A stretch of 53,081 nt of DNA, counting the filler, from Stramenopiles sp. TOSAG23-2 (lineage: Eukaryota): the NCBI GenBank assembly GCA_900128395.1. It is 3 parts of 3 records of this genome, joined end to end, with 100 filler letters (N's around TTAATTAATTAA, not from the genome) between each part and the next. Parts side by side here need not be neighbours in the genome. Positions count along the whole stretch, not along the records: positions 35,485 to 53,081 come from LT649636.1; 2 more parts are not named here. The stretch is one strand, 5' to 3'. Every line of letters starts with the position of its first letter. Position 1 is the first letter of the stretch. The notes below the pieces were generated by a model that made no database searches, was not told the DNA's origin, and saw only the letters and a program-made list of their open reading frames with translations. The translations under genes were made by a program, and so were the position numbers. Positions 41,801 through 50,610 of this stretch are shown one piece after another.

Positions 41801-44800
41801 AAGTACTCTTTTTCATGCTCCAATTTTTGCAACAAGACATTCATACTCTCCGATTTTGCTTTGATCCCTTCAAGAGCAGCCCTGGAGTTATTTAATGCCT
41901 TTGTTTTTGACGCTTCCGCCTTCGCCTCTACTTCATGGGAGTGACTATGGGCCTGTTCGAGTTGATCTTGCATCTTGGTAAGCTGTTTCATAAACTCAGT
42001 AGTCATTTCTACGTGCTCTCCAGCTTGTTGTTGTTCAAAGTCACGCATTCTACTAACTAATTCAGCATTTGTTTCTGTCATTTCTACCAACTGCCGTTTC
42101 ATTTCTGCGGCATTTTCTTCTACCTCTACTGCGTGTGCATTAGATGCTTGCATATCGTCATGAAATGATCGTTCTGCTTCAATGGATTTGCTTTGAAGAA
42201 CCGTATTTTCGCTTCTTAATTTACTTAATTCTTTTGTATACTGCGATTCACGATCCCTTATTCGTTGCAATAACTCCGTATTTGTCCTTGTCATTGTCAT
42301 CAATTGTGATTTTAATTCTAGACATTCTGCTTCCAATTGTTGTTTCTTATTATTGGCTGCTCCTAAATCAGCTCGCAAATCAGCTTCTATTTTCACAGCA
42401 GTTTGTGTCAAAGATGTTCGATCATGATTTAACTCAGCTTCAACTTGCACTTGACGTTTTTCTAATTCTTGTAATTTTTCTTTCACTTTGTCTTCGATAT
42501 CTCGTTTCTCTTTGTCGAATCGACGTCGGTCAATTTCAAGTGCATTTTCAGCTATTTGAAGTCTCTTTAATAAATCTTTAGCATTGTTGTCCTTGGAATT
42601 TAACAAGTCGGCTTTAGATTCATTTTCTCTATTAACATTATCAAACTTTCTTCTTAAGACTCGATAATCGTTTGTTATCGAAGTAAGTTGTGCTTCTAAT
42701 TCTTTTTTCTCTTTGTTAATTTGTTCACTTTCATCTGACGTTGGTGATGGCGTAGAATCAGGGTTCGAAGAAGACTTTCCTCGTTTTGAAGATCGTTTTC
42801 CAGTTTTTGATGACTTTTTCTCCATTTTGACCATTAACTTTTCCTTTTCCTTACTCATGCTATCAAATTTTTTTCTTAATAACGCATAATCATTACTCAA
42901 TGTATCGTATGTCTCCTGTTGTTTGTTGTTTTGTTGGACAAGGTTATCAACTTTTTGTTCATAATCTATCTCGTTAGTACTCGATGAAGGAGTTGCTGAT
43001 TTTTTCATACTTCGTTTTTTAAGGGAAGTCAATCTTGTCTCTAGTGCTCGTCGTTGCTTTTCAGAAATTTCTAATGCACCTTCTAAATAAGATAATCTCT
43101 GAGCAAGAACACCATCACCGTTAAACTTGTTTTTCCGTTTTCCTGAAGCTTTTTCTAATGTTTCTAATCTAGCTTTTAATTCTTCATTTTCAGCTGTACT
43201 GTCTGGGATATTTCTAGTTACCAAATGAGCTGTGGCAGGCACTTTCACTCCATCTTTCTCATCATTATTTTTGTTTGGTTTGATTGTCTTTGGCATATTG
43301 CTAGTTTCAATTTGGGTGGTAAGTCTCATAATTTCTTTGCCCAATTGCTTCTCTCTATCTGCCATTTCTTCAATTTTTTCATACAGTGATTTGATATTAA
43401 CGTCTTCACCATCTTCGTCCTTTCTCTCTCGTAAGTTGGCTATCTCCTTCGATAATAATGCAACACGAGCCCTTTCACTCGTTAATTCATCTTCTAATTG
43501 TCTAATGGATATAGTTTTCTGTTTTTGCTGTTGTTGTCTTTGTGATCTACCAGCAGCTACCATCAAATTAGATCCAGTTTTCAACTCTTTAATCCTTGCT
43601 TCCCGAGTAGCAACTGTACTCCTCAATTCACTTTCTACACGACTTGCAACCCTTAACTTACGCTTCAATTCTGAAATTTGTATTTTTGAATTAACAAGCT
43701 CTTTTGCTAATTCCTCTGCAGTATTAACATTTTCACCGCCACGAGTAGTTGAATTTCCAGTAACACCAGCTTTGTTAGCTAGCTGCGCAACAAAATCTCG
43801 TAAATCATCAACAGCGGTATCTTTACCCTTTTGCTGGGATTGCAACGTTTTCAGTTCACTGCTTAAGATTTTGACTTTTGTCATTAACTTCATGTTTTCC
43901 TCATCAACATTTTCACGTTCCTGTCTGACAGTTCGCAATTCATGCACACCAGGACGCGTTTGTTTCTGTTCTCGTAGTTGTATCCGTAATTCTTCAATCA
44001 TTTTTTCGTACTTCATCTGTTGTTTAGCTAAATTTTCATTTAATTTTGTTGCTTCATCATTTAATCTTCGTCCTAATTTAGAACGCTCTTTCTCAAATCT
44101 ACCTTCTGCTTTCAAGAGCTGATCGTGGGTTCCTTCTTGGAATTCTCGACGAAGACGTTCCTCTCGCTCCATAGCTGCAGTTTTCCATTCTGTTAAAGAT
44201 TGTATTTCAACTTTTGAATCATCCAACGCGCGTTGTAGACGCATTAATTGCTCTTCATTTGCATGTGCTTCTTCTGCACGAGCATCAGATACCATACCTT
44301 CCGCAAAACGTAAAAGCATAGATTTTTGATCTTGTTTTGCATCATCGACTAGGTCTTGTACTACCTGCGCAGCACTTTTTATTTCATGTAAATGCTGCAA
44401 GACTTGTGAATCAACTGTAGGAACCTCCGCCAATCGTTGTTGAGCGAGTGATTCTTGTAGTCGACTTTCAGTAAATTGACAATCTAATTGTGCATGTCTG
44501 GCCATTACTTCTAGCTCCATCACACGAGCATTCGCATCTTGCAAATGTTCTCTTAAATCATCGATTCTACGAGTATATATGCCAGTGATAGTTTCAATAT
44601 GACTTCGTAAAACAGCATCTTTTGAACGATATTGTTGCCTCAACAATTGCATTTGTTCAAATGCAGAAGATTTATTTTGACTTAAATGCCTTTCAAGGCT
44701 ACTTTCCAACAGTATTATTTTCCGTCGGTTGCAATCAGCCTCCCATCTTGCATTTCTACCATGCCTAATAGCCTCTTTCAAAGTCTCATCGTTATCCAAT

Positions 44801-47800
44801 ATAATTCTTTTTAATCGTTCAATAACCCATGGTGCATCGCCAAGATTTTCCCTCTCCTTATTGTTTGTAGCAGGGCTAATTGTTAACTCTCGCAAGGCTG
44901 AGGTTAATTGTTTCCATTCTTCTAACAAACCACTAAATTCATCATTTCCTCCACGATTTGATGAGTTTTTATTACTTTTCGTCTCCCTTCCATTTTCAGC
45001 ATCTGCACCAGTCTCAGCAAGATGGTCCCGCAATCGTTGCAAATATCTTTCTCGGGCACGACGCAGTTGACTTTCCCATGAATCGCGTTCAAGTTTTAAA
45101 TCGACTATCTTAGACTTTTGTTCTTTTAAATCAAGTGTTTGCATTTGAGTTCTTTTCACGGCCGAGTCCAATTCTTTTTGTAATGAATCTACTTCACTTC
45201 TCTCTTTTGCCAATGACCTTTCAAGTGATGAAATTGTTGCAATCATGTTATTATTTTTACTGCTATTATTTTTCTCTGTTTTTTGTAATTGTATTAACTC
45301 CGAATTTAACTCTTCATTTTGTTGACTAAGACGCGATATAACAGTCGATTTCTCACTTACTTGCGCAGTCAATTCAATAATACGATCTTGTTGTATCGAA
45401 TGATGTGCTGTGCTATCATGTCCATCATCCTCAACACCAGCCTGTAAAACATCAACTGTTTCCATCAACACAGAAAGTTGAGTATTGCGATCTTTGAGTA
45501 TAACTTTTAAGCGTTGTATTTCTTTCTTTGCATCGAATAGCAATGCAGAATCAGATTTAGCACCTTTTGTTAATGCCAATAAACCATGTTTCTTATCGCT
45601 TTCACTTGTAGAAGATGAGGTATTACTACTATTAGCAGCTGCTGCAGACATTAGCTTTGACCGTGCTTCTCGAACCTCCCGCTCTGCTTTTCTTAAATCA
45701 CTTCTTATAAGTTCGTTTTCTGCAACATACGTTGCCATACGCCTGGATAAAGTTGAAATTTGATTTGAATGTATTTCATCGCGTCTTATTGTTTCTTGGC
45801 CTTGTTTCTCCTTCAAATCGATTATTTCACACTGTGCTTCATGGTAAGCTTTTTCTCGCTCGCTTAATTCACTTGATAATATTTCTACATTGTTTGATAA
45901 ACGCTTGGCTTGCAATTCAAGAACAGCAATTTGTCCTTCCGTTGTTAATGGTTTACCTTTTAAATTTTCAACATCTTTTTCATGACTATATACATCGTTG
46001 ATAAATGACACCTTTGTTTCCCTCGTACCATTCTTATTCTTATTGTTACGACTGATATCTTCGCTATCACTTTTAACATGATTATTTGGAAGTATTCGGC
46101 GATAACTGTCTACTCCATCTATTAATGATTTTAATCTTTCAATTTCTTCTCTATCTTCACCACGTTTCAAGCATAATGATATCACGATTTGCTCAGGCGT
46201 AATATTGCGAATATTAGTCCCTGCTATCCCTAACTTTAACCTCGCCAATTCGGTCTCAGCTTCGTCGACTTGTATCCGGCTTATATGACATTGTTCAGCT
46301 AAACGTTTTATTTGATTTAAATGACTTTTTTTCTCCATTTCCCTTCGTTCTCTATCTTTTTTCAATGTCGTTATCTCCGTTGTTAACGCCGCTATCTGAT
46401 TATGCAAATTGCTATTTCCTCTTAAAATTCGAATAGCTCGTTCCAACTCACGTATTTCCGTATCTTTATCATTTTTTTGCAATCGCAATTTCTTTTTACA
46501 CTCTAAAACTAACGTATTTCGTTCTATCAAACTTTCTTCAGCCATGCGCAATCGTTTTCTAGCCTCCGCTGCTTGTCGAACCATGGCCTGTCGCACATCA
46601 ACTACTTCAACAACTTTCTCTTCCACTTCTTTTTGTAAATGTTCAATTGCATGCAAATCACCTTTTCGTTCATCTTCCTTTTTATTCCTAAATTTATCTA
46701 AACGCATTATCAAAGATCTAACTGTATGTCTATATTGCAATGGATTTCTACCACCAGTTTGTTTCTGTTCCAATTCTGCCATGCGAATCTCTTCCTCCAT
46801 GATTTCACTCATTTTTCTCCTTAAAACACGTTCATTTCCTTCTGCTAATTTCAATCTGGCTTTCAAATCTGTAATAGTTTTCTGCGCTAAATGTAATGTG
46901 CTAATTGATAATGGATCTTCTACGTTTTTACTAGTTGCTTGAACTCGTTTTAATTCTTCCACTTGTTCAACTGCCATCGACAACCTGTGTTCCCCATCGA
47001 TGACGGTCTTTGTAGCTGTCTCTTGAAGCGATTCTAAATCACGAACACGTCTTCTTAATTTTAGTATGATATCATCAGAATTTTTTCTCTCTTCCGTTTC
47101 TTTCTCGTATGTTGACTTGACTGTTTTTAATTCATTTAACAATTTATTTTTTTCTTCTAACATACGTTTTTGATCTGCGTTTGTCCTTTTTAAATCACGT
47201 GTAATTTCTTTAAATCTATCCAATTGTACATCTTTCTCTTTTGTCTCATCTTTTAACCATTTGGTTGCTTCAAGGTCTCTTGCTAGAGATGCAACTTTTT
47301 CTCGTTGTTCTTCTAAAGCATTTTGTAATCCTCTGATAACGTGCGTTGGATTGTTTTTATTTTGAAATGGAAGATTGATTGAACTCAACAAAGTGTTTTG
47401 AGATGTTGGATTTGCATCATTTTCAGCACGTAATTTTGCAACTTCTGCAATTAATACTTCGATTTGTTCATCTTGATCTTTGATCTTTGCGTTCAATTGT
47501 GGAACATTACCGCCACTAGAAGTCTGGTTATTAAAATCGCCATTATATATATTATCTATATCGTCAGATTTACTTGCACGACCACCATGTAATTCTTGCA
47601 ACGAAGCTCTTAAAGTTTCCATTTCATATTCTACTTCTTGCTTTTCTCGTTGACATTGTTCTAATTCACTATTTAATTGATCCATTTTTAATCGCGATTC
47701 TGTCGTTTGCTTCATCATATTACGTTGTGTCTCATTTAATTGCAATTGTAAATCTTCATTCTCTTGTGCTAATTTATTTATTTCATCATCCTTCGCTTGT

Positions 47801-48564
47801 AAAATTTCTAACACTCTTTGACTACGATCTTCCGCTTTTTCTTTTTCTTGATAAAGAGCTTCTGTTAATTTAGAAACCTCTAGATCAAGAACGGCAGTAT
47901 GATTTACCCCTGAAGATTCTTGTCCAGTATTTCCAAATGTACTCGATGCATGGTTGTTATTATCATTGACATGCTGCTGGTGTTGTTGTTGTTGTTGGTG
48001 GTGCTGCTGCTGCTGATGGTGACTATTTTTACTATTATTATCCATACGACTATTATTATTATTATTATTATTATTATTCTTACCTCCGCTCGTTGCTGAA
48101 CTATTATGTTTTGTAGTCTGTGCATTATGCACTCTAGAACTTCCTTTCGATTGTTGTTGACGTTTTCTTGTTGGTCTACTACTGTTGGATGAAATTTTTT
48201 TTGGTTGAGGTATTCGTTTAGGCAATTTTTGTTCTTTTTCTGGTGTACCTAATAAATAAAAAGTGGTAAAGAATTTTTGTTCAAAATAACGTGATTTCAT
48301 ATGAAAATAATCACGTTGCCCAGCTTTTGCTTTCTTTTTATTTGGAAAGTGCATGACTTTCAACCGCACAACAACTGTTGTAGATGACTCAGCGTCTATA
48401 TGGACTCTTTCCGGTCTTACTTGGTACCTTTGCCCCGCACTTGGTTTAATTACAAGGTCAACTGGCGCGTCATATGGATTATATAGTTCTACCCGGGCTT
48501 GATATGCTTGGTGTAATTGCACGTCCTGAAATACTAATTCAGTCGGTTGGACTTCTATATGCAT
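38896..48564 (-). CDS. Giant (~3220 aa) coiled-coil protein with an N-terminal MSP/ASH-like Ig domain, probably centrosomal or ciliary
   Basis: 9.7-kb uninterrupted ORF; IEVQPTELVF...LYNP...YQVRPERVHI; heptad-rich remainder. First ATG is at 48564. Confidence 0.8.
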   Translation of the reverse strand: MHIEVQPTELVFQDVQLHQAYQARVELYNPYDAPVDLVIKPSAGQRYQVRPERVHIDAESSTTVVVRLKVMHFPNKKKAKAGQRDYFHMKSRYFEQKFFTTFYLLGTPEKEQKLPKRIPQPKKISSNSSRPTRKRQQQSKGSSRVHNAQTTKHNSSATSGGKNNNNNNNNNSRMDNNSKNSHHQQQQHHQQQQQHQQHVNDNNNHASSTFGNTGQESSGVNHTAVLDLEVSKLTEALYQEKEKAEDRSQRVLEILQAKDDEINKLAQENEDLQLQLNETQRNMMKQTTESRLKMDQLNSELEQCQREKQEVEYEMETLRASLQELHGGRASKSDDIDNIYNGDFNNQTSSGGNVPQLNAKIKDQDEQIEVLIAEVAKLRAENDANPTSQNTLLSSINLPFQNKNNPTHVIRGLQNALEEQREKVASLARDLEATKWLKDETKEKDVQLDRFKEITRDLKRTNADQKRMLEEKNKLLNELKTVKSTYEKETEERKNSDDIILKLRRRVRDLESLQETATKTVIDGEHRLSMAVEQVEELKRVQATSKNVEDPLSISTLHLAQKTITDLKARLKLAEGNERVLRRKMSEIMEEEIRMAELEQKQTGGRNPLQYRHTVRSLIMRLDKFRNKKEDERKGDLHAIEHLQKEVEEKVVEVVDVRQAMVRQAAEARKRLRMAEESLIERNTLVLECKKKLRLQKNDKDTEIRELERAIRILRGNSNLHNQIAALTTEITTLKKDRERREMEKKSHLNQIKRLAEQCHISRIQVDEAETELARLKLGIAGTNIRNITPEQIVISLCLKRGEDREEIERLKSLIDGVDSYRRILPNNHVKSDSEDISRNNKNKNGTRETKVSFINDVYSHEKDVENLKGKPLTTEGQIAVLELQAKRLSNNVEILSSELSEREKAYHEAQCEIIDLKEKQGQETIRRDEIHSNQISTLSRRMATYVAENELIRSDLRKAEREVREARSKLMSAAAANSSNTSSSTSESDKKHGLLALTKGAKSDSALLFDAKKEIQRLKVILKDRNTQLSVLMETVDVLQAGVEDDGHDSTAHHSIQQDRIIELTAQVSEKSTVISRLSQQNEELNSELIQLQKTEKNNSSKNNNMIATISSLERSLAKERSEVDSLQKELDSAVKRTQMQTLDLKEQKSKIVDLKLERDSWESQLRRARERYLQRLRDHLAETGADAENGRETKSNKNSSNRGGNDEFSGLLEEWKQLTSALRELTISPATNNKERENLGDAPWVIERLKRIILDNDETLKEAIRHGRNARWEADCNRRKIILLESSLERHLSQNKSSAFEQMQLLRQQYRSKDAVLRSHIETITGIYTRRIDDLREHLQDANARVMELEVMARHAQLDCQFTESRLQESLAQQRLAEVPTVDSQVLQHLHEIKSAAQVVQDLVDDAKQDQKSMLLRFAEGMVSDARAEEAHANEEQLMRLQRALDDSKVEIQSLTEWKTAAMEREERLRREFQEGTHDQLLKAEGRFEKERSKLGRRLNDEATKLNENLAKQQMKYEKMIEELRIQLREQKQTRPGVHELRTVRQERENVDEENMKLMTKVKILSSELKTLQSQQKGKDTAVDDLRDFVAQLANKAGVTGNSTTRGGENVNTAEELAKELVNSKIQISELKRKLRVASRVESELRSTVATREARIKELKTGSNLMVAAGRSQRQQQQKQKTISIRQLEDELTSERARVALLSKEIANLRERKDEDGEDVNIKSLYEKIEEMADREKQLGKEIMRLTTQIETSNMPKTIKPNKNNDEKDGVKVPATAHLVTRNIPDSTAENEELKARLETLEKASGKRKNKFNGDGVLAQRLSYLEGALEISEKQRRALETRLTSLKKRSMKKSATPSSSTNEIDYEQKVDNLVQQNNKQQETYDTLSNDYALLRKKFDSMSKEKEKLMVKMEKKSSKTGKRSSKRGKSSSNPDSTPSPTSDESEQINKEKKELEAQLTSITNDYRVLRRKFDNVNRENESKADLLNSKDNNAKDLLKRLQIAENALEIDRRRFDKEKRDIEDKVKEKLQELEKRQVQVEAELNHDRTSLTQTAVKIEADLRADLGAANNKKQQLEAECLELKSQLMTMTRTNTELLQRIRDRESQYTKELSKLRSENTVLQSKSIEAERSFHDDMQASNAHAVEVEENAAEMKRQLVEMTETNAELVSRMRDFEQQQAGEHVEMTTEFMKQLTKMQDQLEQAHSHSHEVEAKAEASKTKALNNSRAALEGIKAKSESMNVLLQKLEHEKEYLANRINSLESERETSREKIHQMENDYAEAKEKISELQKEKEMRTQTLAAKIADSMTEEENTKLHELELLRKQEITAKQDEIDTLTTRLKKAEADLKHNANSADFEISNLKTRCESLKNQLESVQKSLEEAHATSNNRMSEREAKFNEIEHDLRKTIIELKDEADKATSHATHIEHALEKAHETEKHMSNDIKSYKKKLTKIEHQLQTFKEKSDKEHEEALSSIQQELQTTKKALAKEVQKRTKVEEILDEERKDLASKIKLLYEEGQRRQEANDNLSQMFELQIVEMKKTMIKEKKAGEDEVNLTVKLAERTAAVEILRAELNELKAKRRPSNSSVSSSGSDKRGKKKRVGRFDNHKKVRDMTDLSVLELRCSRIEVEKKNAETEVRLLKDQITDLKATQNSLTDMLEKKKEAEGKAKLRIRSVAKVANKKHKALKTEVSRLRDQIDVLRKNWMPPGDVEEKEKLVKTLRDAVKSLKIEMKKKDTILQKYEEEDKTENKKWENVEAARKKAVAKAKRALSEASRKASVEKRLRERLEQEKKEADNAKEKLEELEKKLKISQRNLNQRRIAMESMREGVHAQRDRLAEIQGKIKNQKELEKTAKEMKVSYERKSSEARRSLRRLGEAERTYKEALDKISALKKTLSEKDAKVRKETESSERRVSAVENRFKSFIEETASSIIDVAKEMIDGNNKLRARVNALKSAIVTPTKSPRSAQALSSVASMLDMSMNEVNDLLGLRTRDPISNQEQQHGGSPIRAMHDQALRYIKGAFAMDKVDSIRVQETLMQIINEKIRLEKQLIDVQKSLQNRKKASLAVTAATHTANDAVARKIDLSSVGNNNNTSRTSMRVGSENFGKDEVITNVHISRQGSIDITTQELPSIAEDIDLTNESLNLKQDEEQEATSAVTSALRPQKRAALKRRLKQLQEEAGIESTFESPVSKKGGAKSIRIERGESFNASLLSPSPFKK

Positions 48565-49065
48565 GATTTTGTTTGATATTACAAAAAAAAAAAGAACGTT
48601 ATGCACAAAAAATAAATAAAGAATTAGTACTATATTCTTTTCATATATTATTTCACTGTATCTAATAAATATAAATAAATATATCTTCTATTTACACTTT
48701 ACTTCTTTTCCATAACTAGTTATTATAATAATAAAAATTGAATTACTAACTTATATTTCAATCAATTATTTTTGTGATGTGGAGTAATTATAACGTTTCC
48801 AATGCTATGTGCCTACTAATATATGGATTTAGGTTTAACGAGATTATTTGAGATGGTTTTTGTTGTTGTGGTTGCTTGTGTGTTTGTTTGGTTGTTGTGT
48901 TGAAAATATTTATTAATAATAAATATTTTTTTTTTGAAATTGCCTAATTTATAAATTTGAAAATACATTTATTAGATGTGTGGATGTACATGATATGAAA
49001 AATCAAAGAAGAACATTTCTATCATTATATGCAAGAATAAGTATAGGAACATTTTGAAAAAGAAA

Positions 49066-50610
49066 ATGTCGATATTAAATACATTTAAAAAAATGGAAGC
49101 ATCGGCAACGATGGCAGGTGCAGGGTTGATTGGGAAATATTTGATATATGGTGATGATGAAAATAGTAATAACGGTGGTGATATGGAAGGGGAAAAAAAG
49201 AAACAAACTTCTTCTATTACTTCTAGTGCATTCATCGTACGTACCCCAACTATTGAAGAAATTGCTTTAATAAGTCAAGTAAATATTGGAATAGGTTCAC
49301 AAACAAGTAATACGACGTTCGTATCCGTTGATCCAATACAATCTATTAATGAAGATGAAAAGGAGACACAAGAAGAAGAAAATAATAATGATAATATTCA
49401 ATCTATTAATAGTCGTAGTAGTAGTAGTAGTACCACCACGACTACTACTACTACTACTACCACTACTTTAACCACCACTACCACCATCAATAAAAAACGT
49501 AAAGCAGAGGAAGTTTTTAATGAGTATGAAAACATTTTAAACAATGCTATATCAAAAGATATTGAAAGTTCAACTCATCTCAAAAATTTGAAAACAGAAT
49601 ATGAAAAAACGAAAACAGCATTACGTTCTCTTCGTCGAAAATTATCATCGTATACTAGTCCATCAAAACGTGATATAACGATATCACAACGAGAAAATTT
49701 AGGTACTGGACATTATGAAATTGAACGTAAGGAAAAACAAGATGAAATAAAGTTATTGGAAGACAATTTGTCTATGTATGAAGAAAAAATTGAGGAAGCG
49801 GAAAAAAGTTTAATATCCTTTCAAAGTAAAAATAAAAATCGTATTAAACGTCATGAATTATTTATTGAACGAACAACACGTAAAATGGAATTAGATGAGA
49901 TACTTGAAAATATACAAAGTGATTTAAATGATATACAAGAAAAAGTAAAAGATGCAGAGGCAGTATTAATATCATATGAAACACCTTTACCACAAAGCGG
50001 AAATAATAATAATAATAATAATAGTAGTAGTAGCAGTAACAATAATGACAACAACAACAATGATAATAATACCAATAACAATAATAATAATATATCTGCT
50101 AGAAATGTTGATGAAATGTCAAAATTAGAATGTTTAAAAGAAATTGAGCAATTAAAATCAATTTGTAATGTACATAAAAATACATTATTAAATGATGAAA
50201 ATAAGAAAAATATTTTTTTAGCAAATGATGCGGAATGTATTCAATCTGTGAAAAAAATGGAAGATGCAGAAAATGCAATAGTAAACATTGATAAGAATGT
50301 AAAATTAGTATGTGATAAATATGATACATTACGTTCTCAAGCAAAAAATATTATATTTGATAAGAAAAATACAAATCAAATGATATTAGCAATGCGAATT
50401 TTACATCAAAATGGTGGTGCAATGATGATGGATGATTTTAAAGAACAATTGCGTACTCGAATTGGTGTTAAACAAGGAGAAGAAAAGGAGGAGGGGGAGG
50501 GGGAAGAAAAGCAAATCAATTCAGTTCAATTAGTATATACATTGCTTGCAAATCGTTTAGTCCAATTTGATCGTAGTAATGGTACAGAAGTGTTTTCGTT
50601 GTTGATTTGA
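49066..50610 (+). CDS. Uncharacterised coiled-coil protein with a possible C-terminal winged-helix-like domain
   Basis: Long ORF with poly-T and poly-N linkers; compact C-terminus ILAMRILHQNGG...VYTLLANRLVQFDRS. Confidence 0.7.
   Translation: MSILNTFKKMEASATMAGAGLIGKYLIYGDDENSNNGGDMEGEKKKQTSSITSSAFIVRTPTIEEIALISQVNIGIGSQTSNTTFVSVDPIQSINEDEKETQEEENNNDNIQSINSRSSSSSTTTTTTTTTTTTLTTTTTINKKRKAEEVFNEYENILNNAISKDIESSTHLKNLKTEYEKTKTALRSLRRKLSSYTSPSKRDITISQRENLGTGHYEIERKEKQDEIKLLEDNLSMYEEKIEEAEKSLISFQSKNKNRIKRHELFIERTTRKMELDEILENIQSDLNDIQEKVKDAEAVLISYETPLPQSGNNNNNNNSSSSSNNNDNNNNDNNTNNNNNNISARNVDEMSKLECLKEIEQLKSICNVHKNTLLNDENKKNIFLANDAECIQSVKKMEDAENAIVNIDKNVKLVCDKYDTLRSQAKNIIFDKKNTNQMILAMRILHQNGGAMMMDDFKEQLRTRIGVKQGEEKEEGEGEEKQINSVQLVYTLLANRLVQFDRSNGTEVFSLLI

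Noticed and set aside
43232..44122. Long antisense ORFs (296 aa here; also 32461..33051, 37642..38259, 46409..46942, 50675..51448)
   Set aside because: Ser/Phe/Leu-rich mirror frames expected opposite Glu/Lys-rich coding sequence; no motifs.
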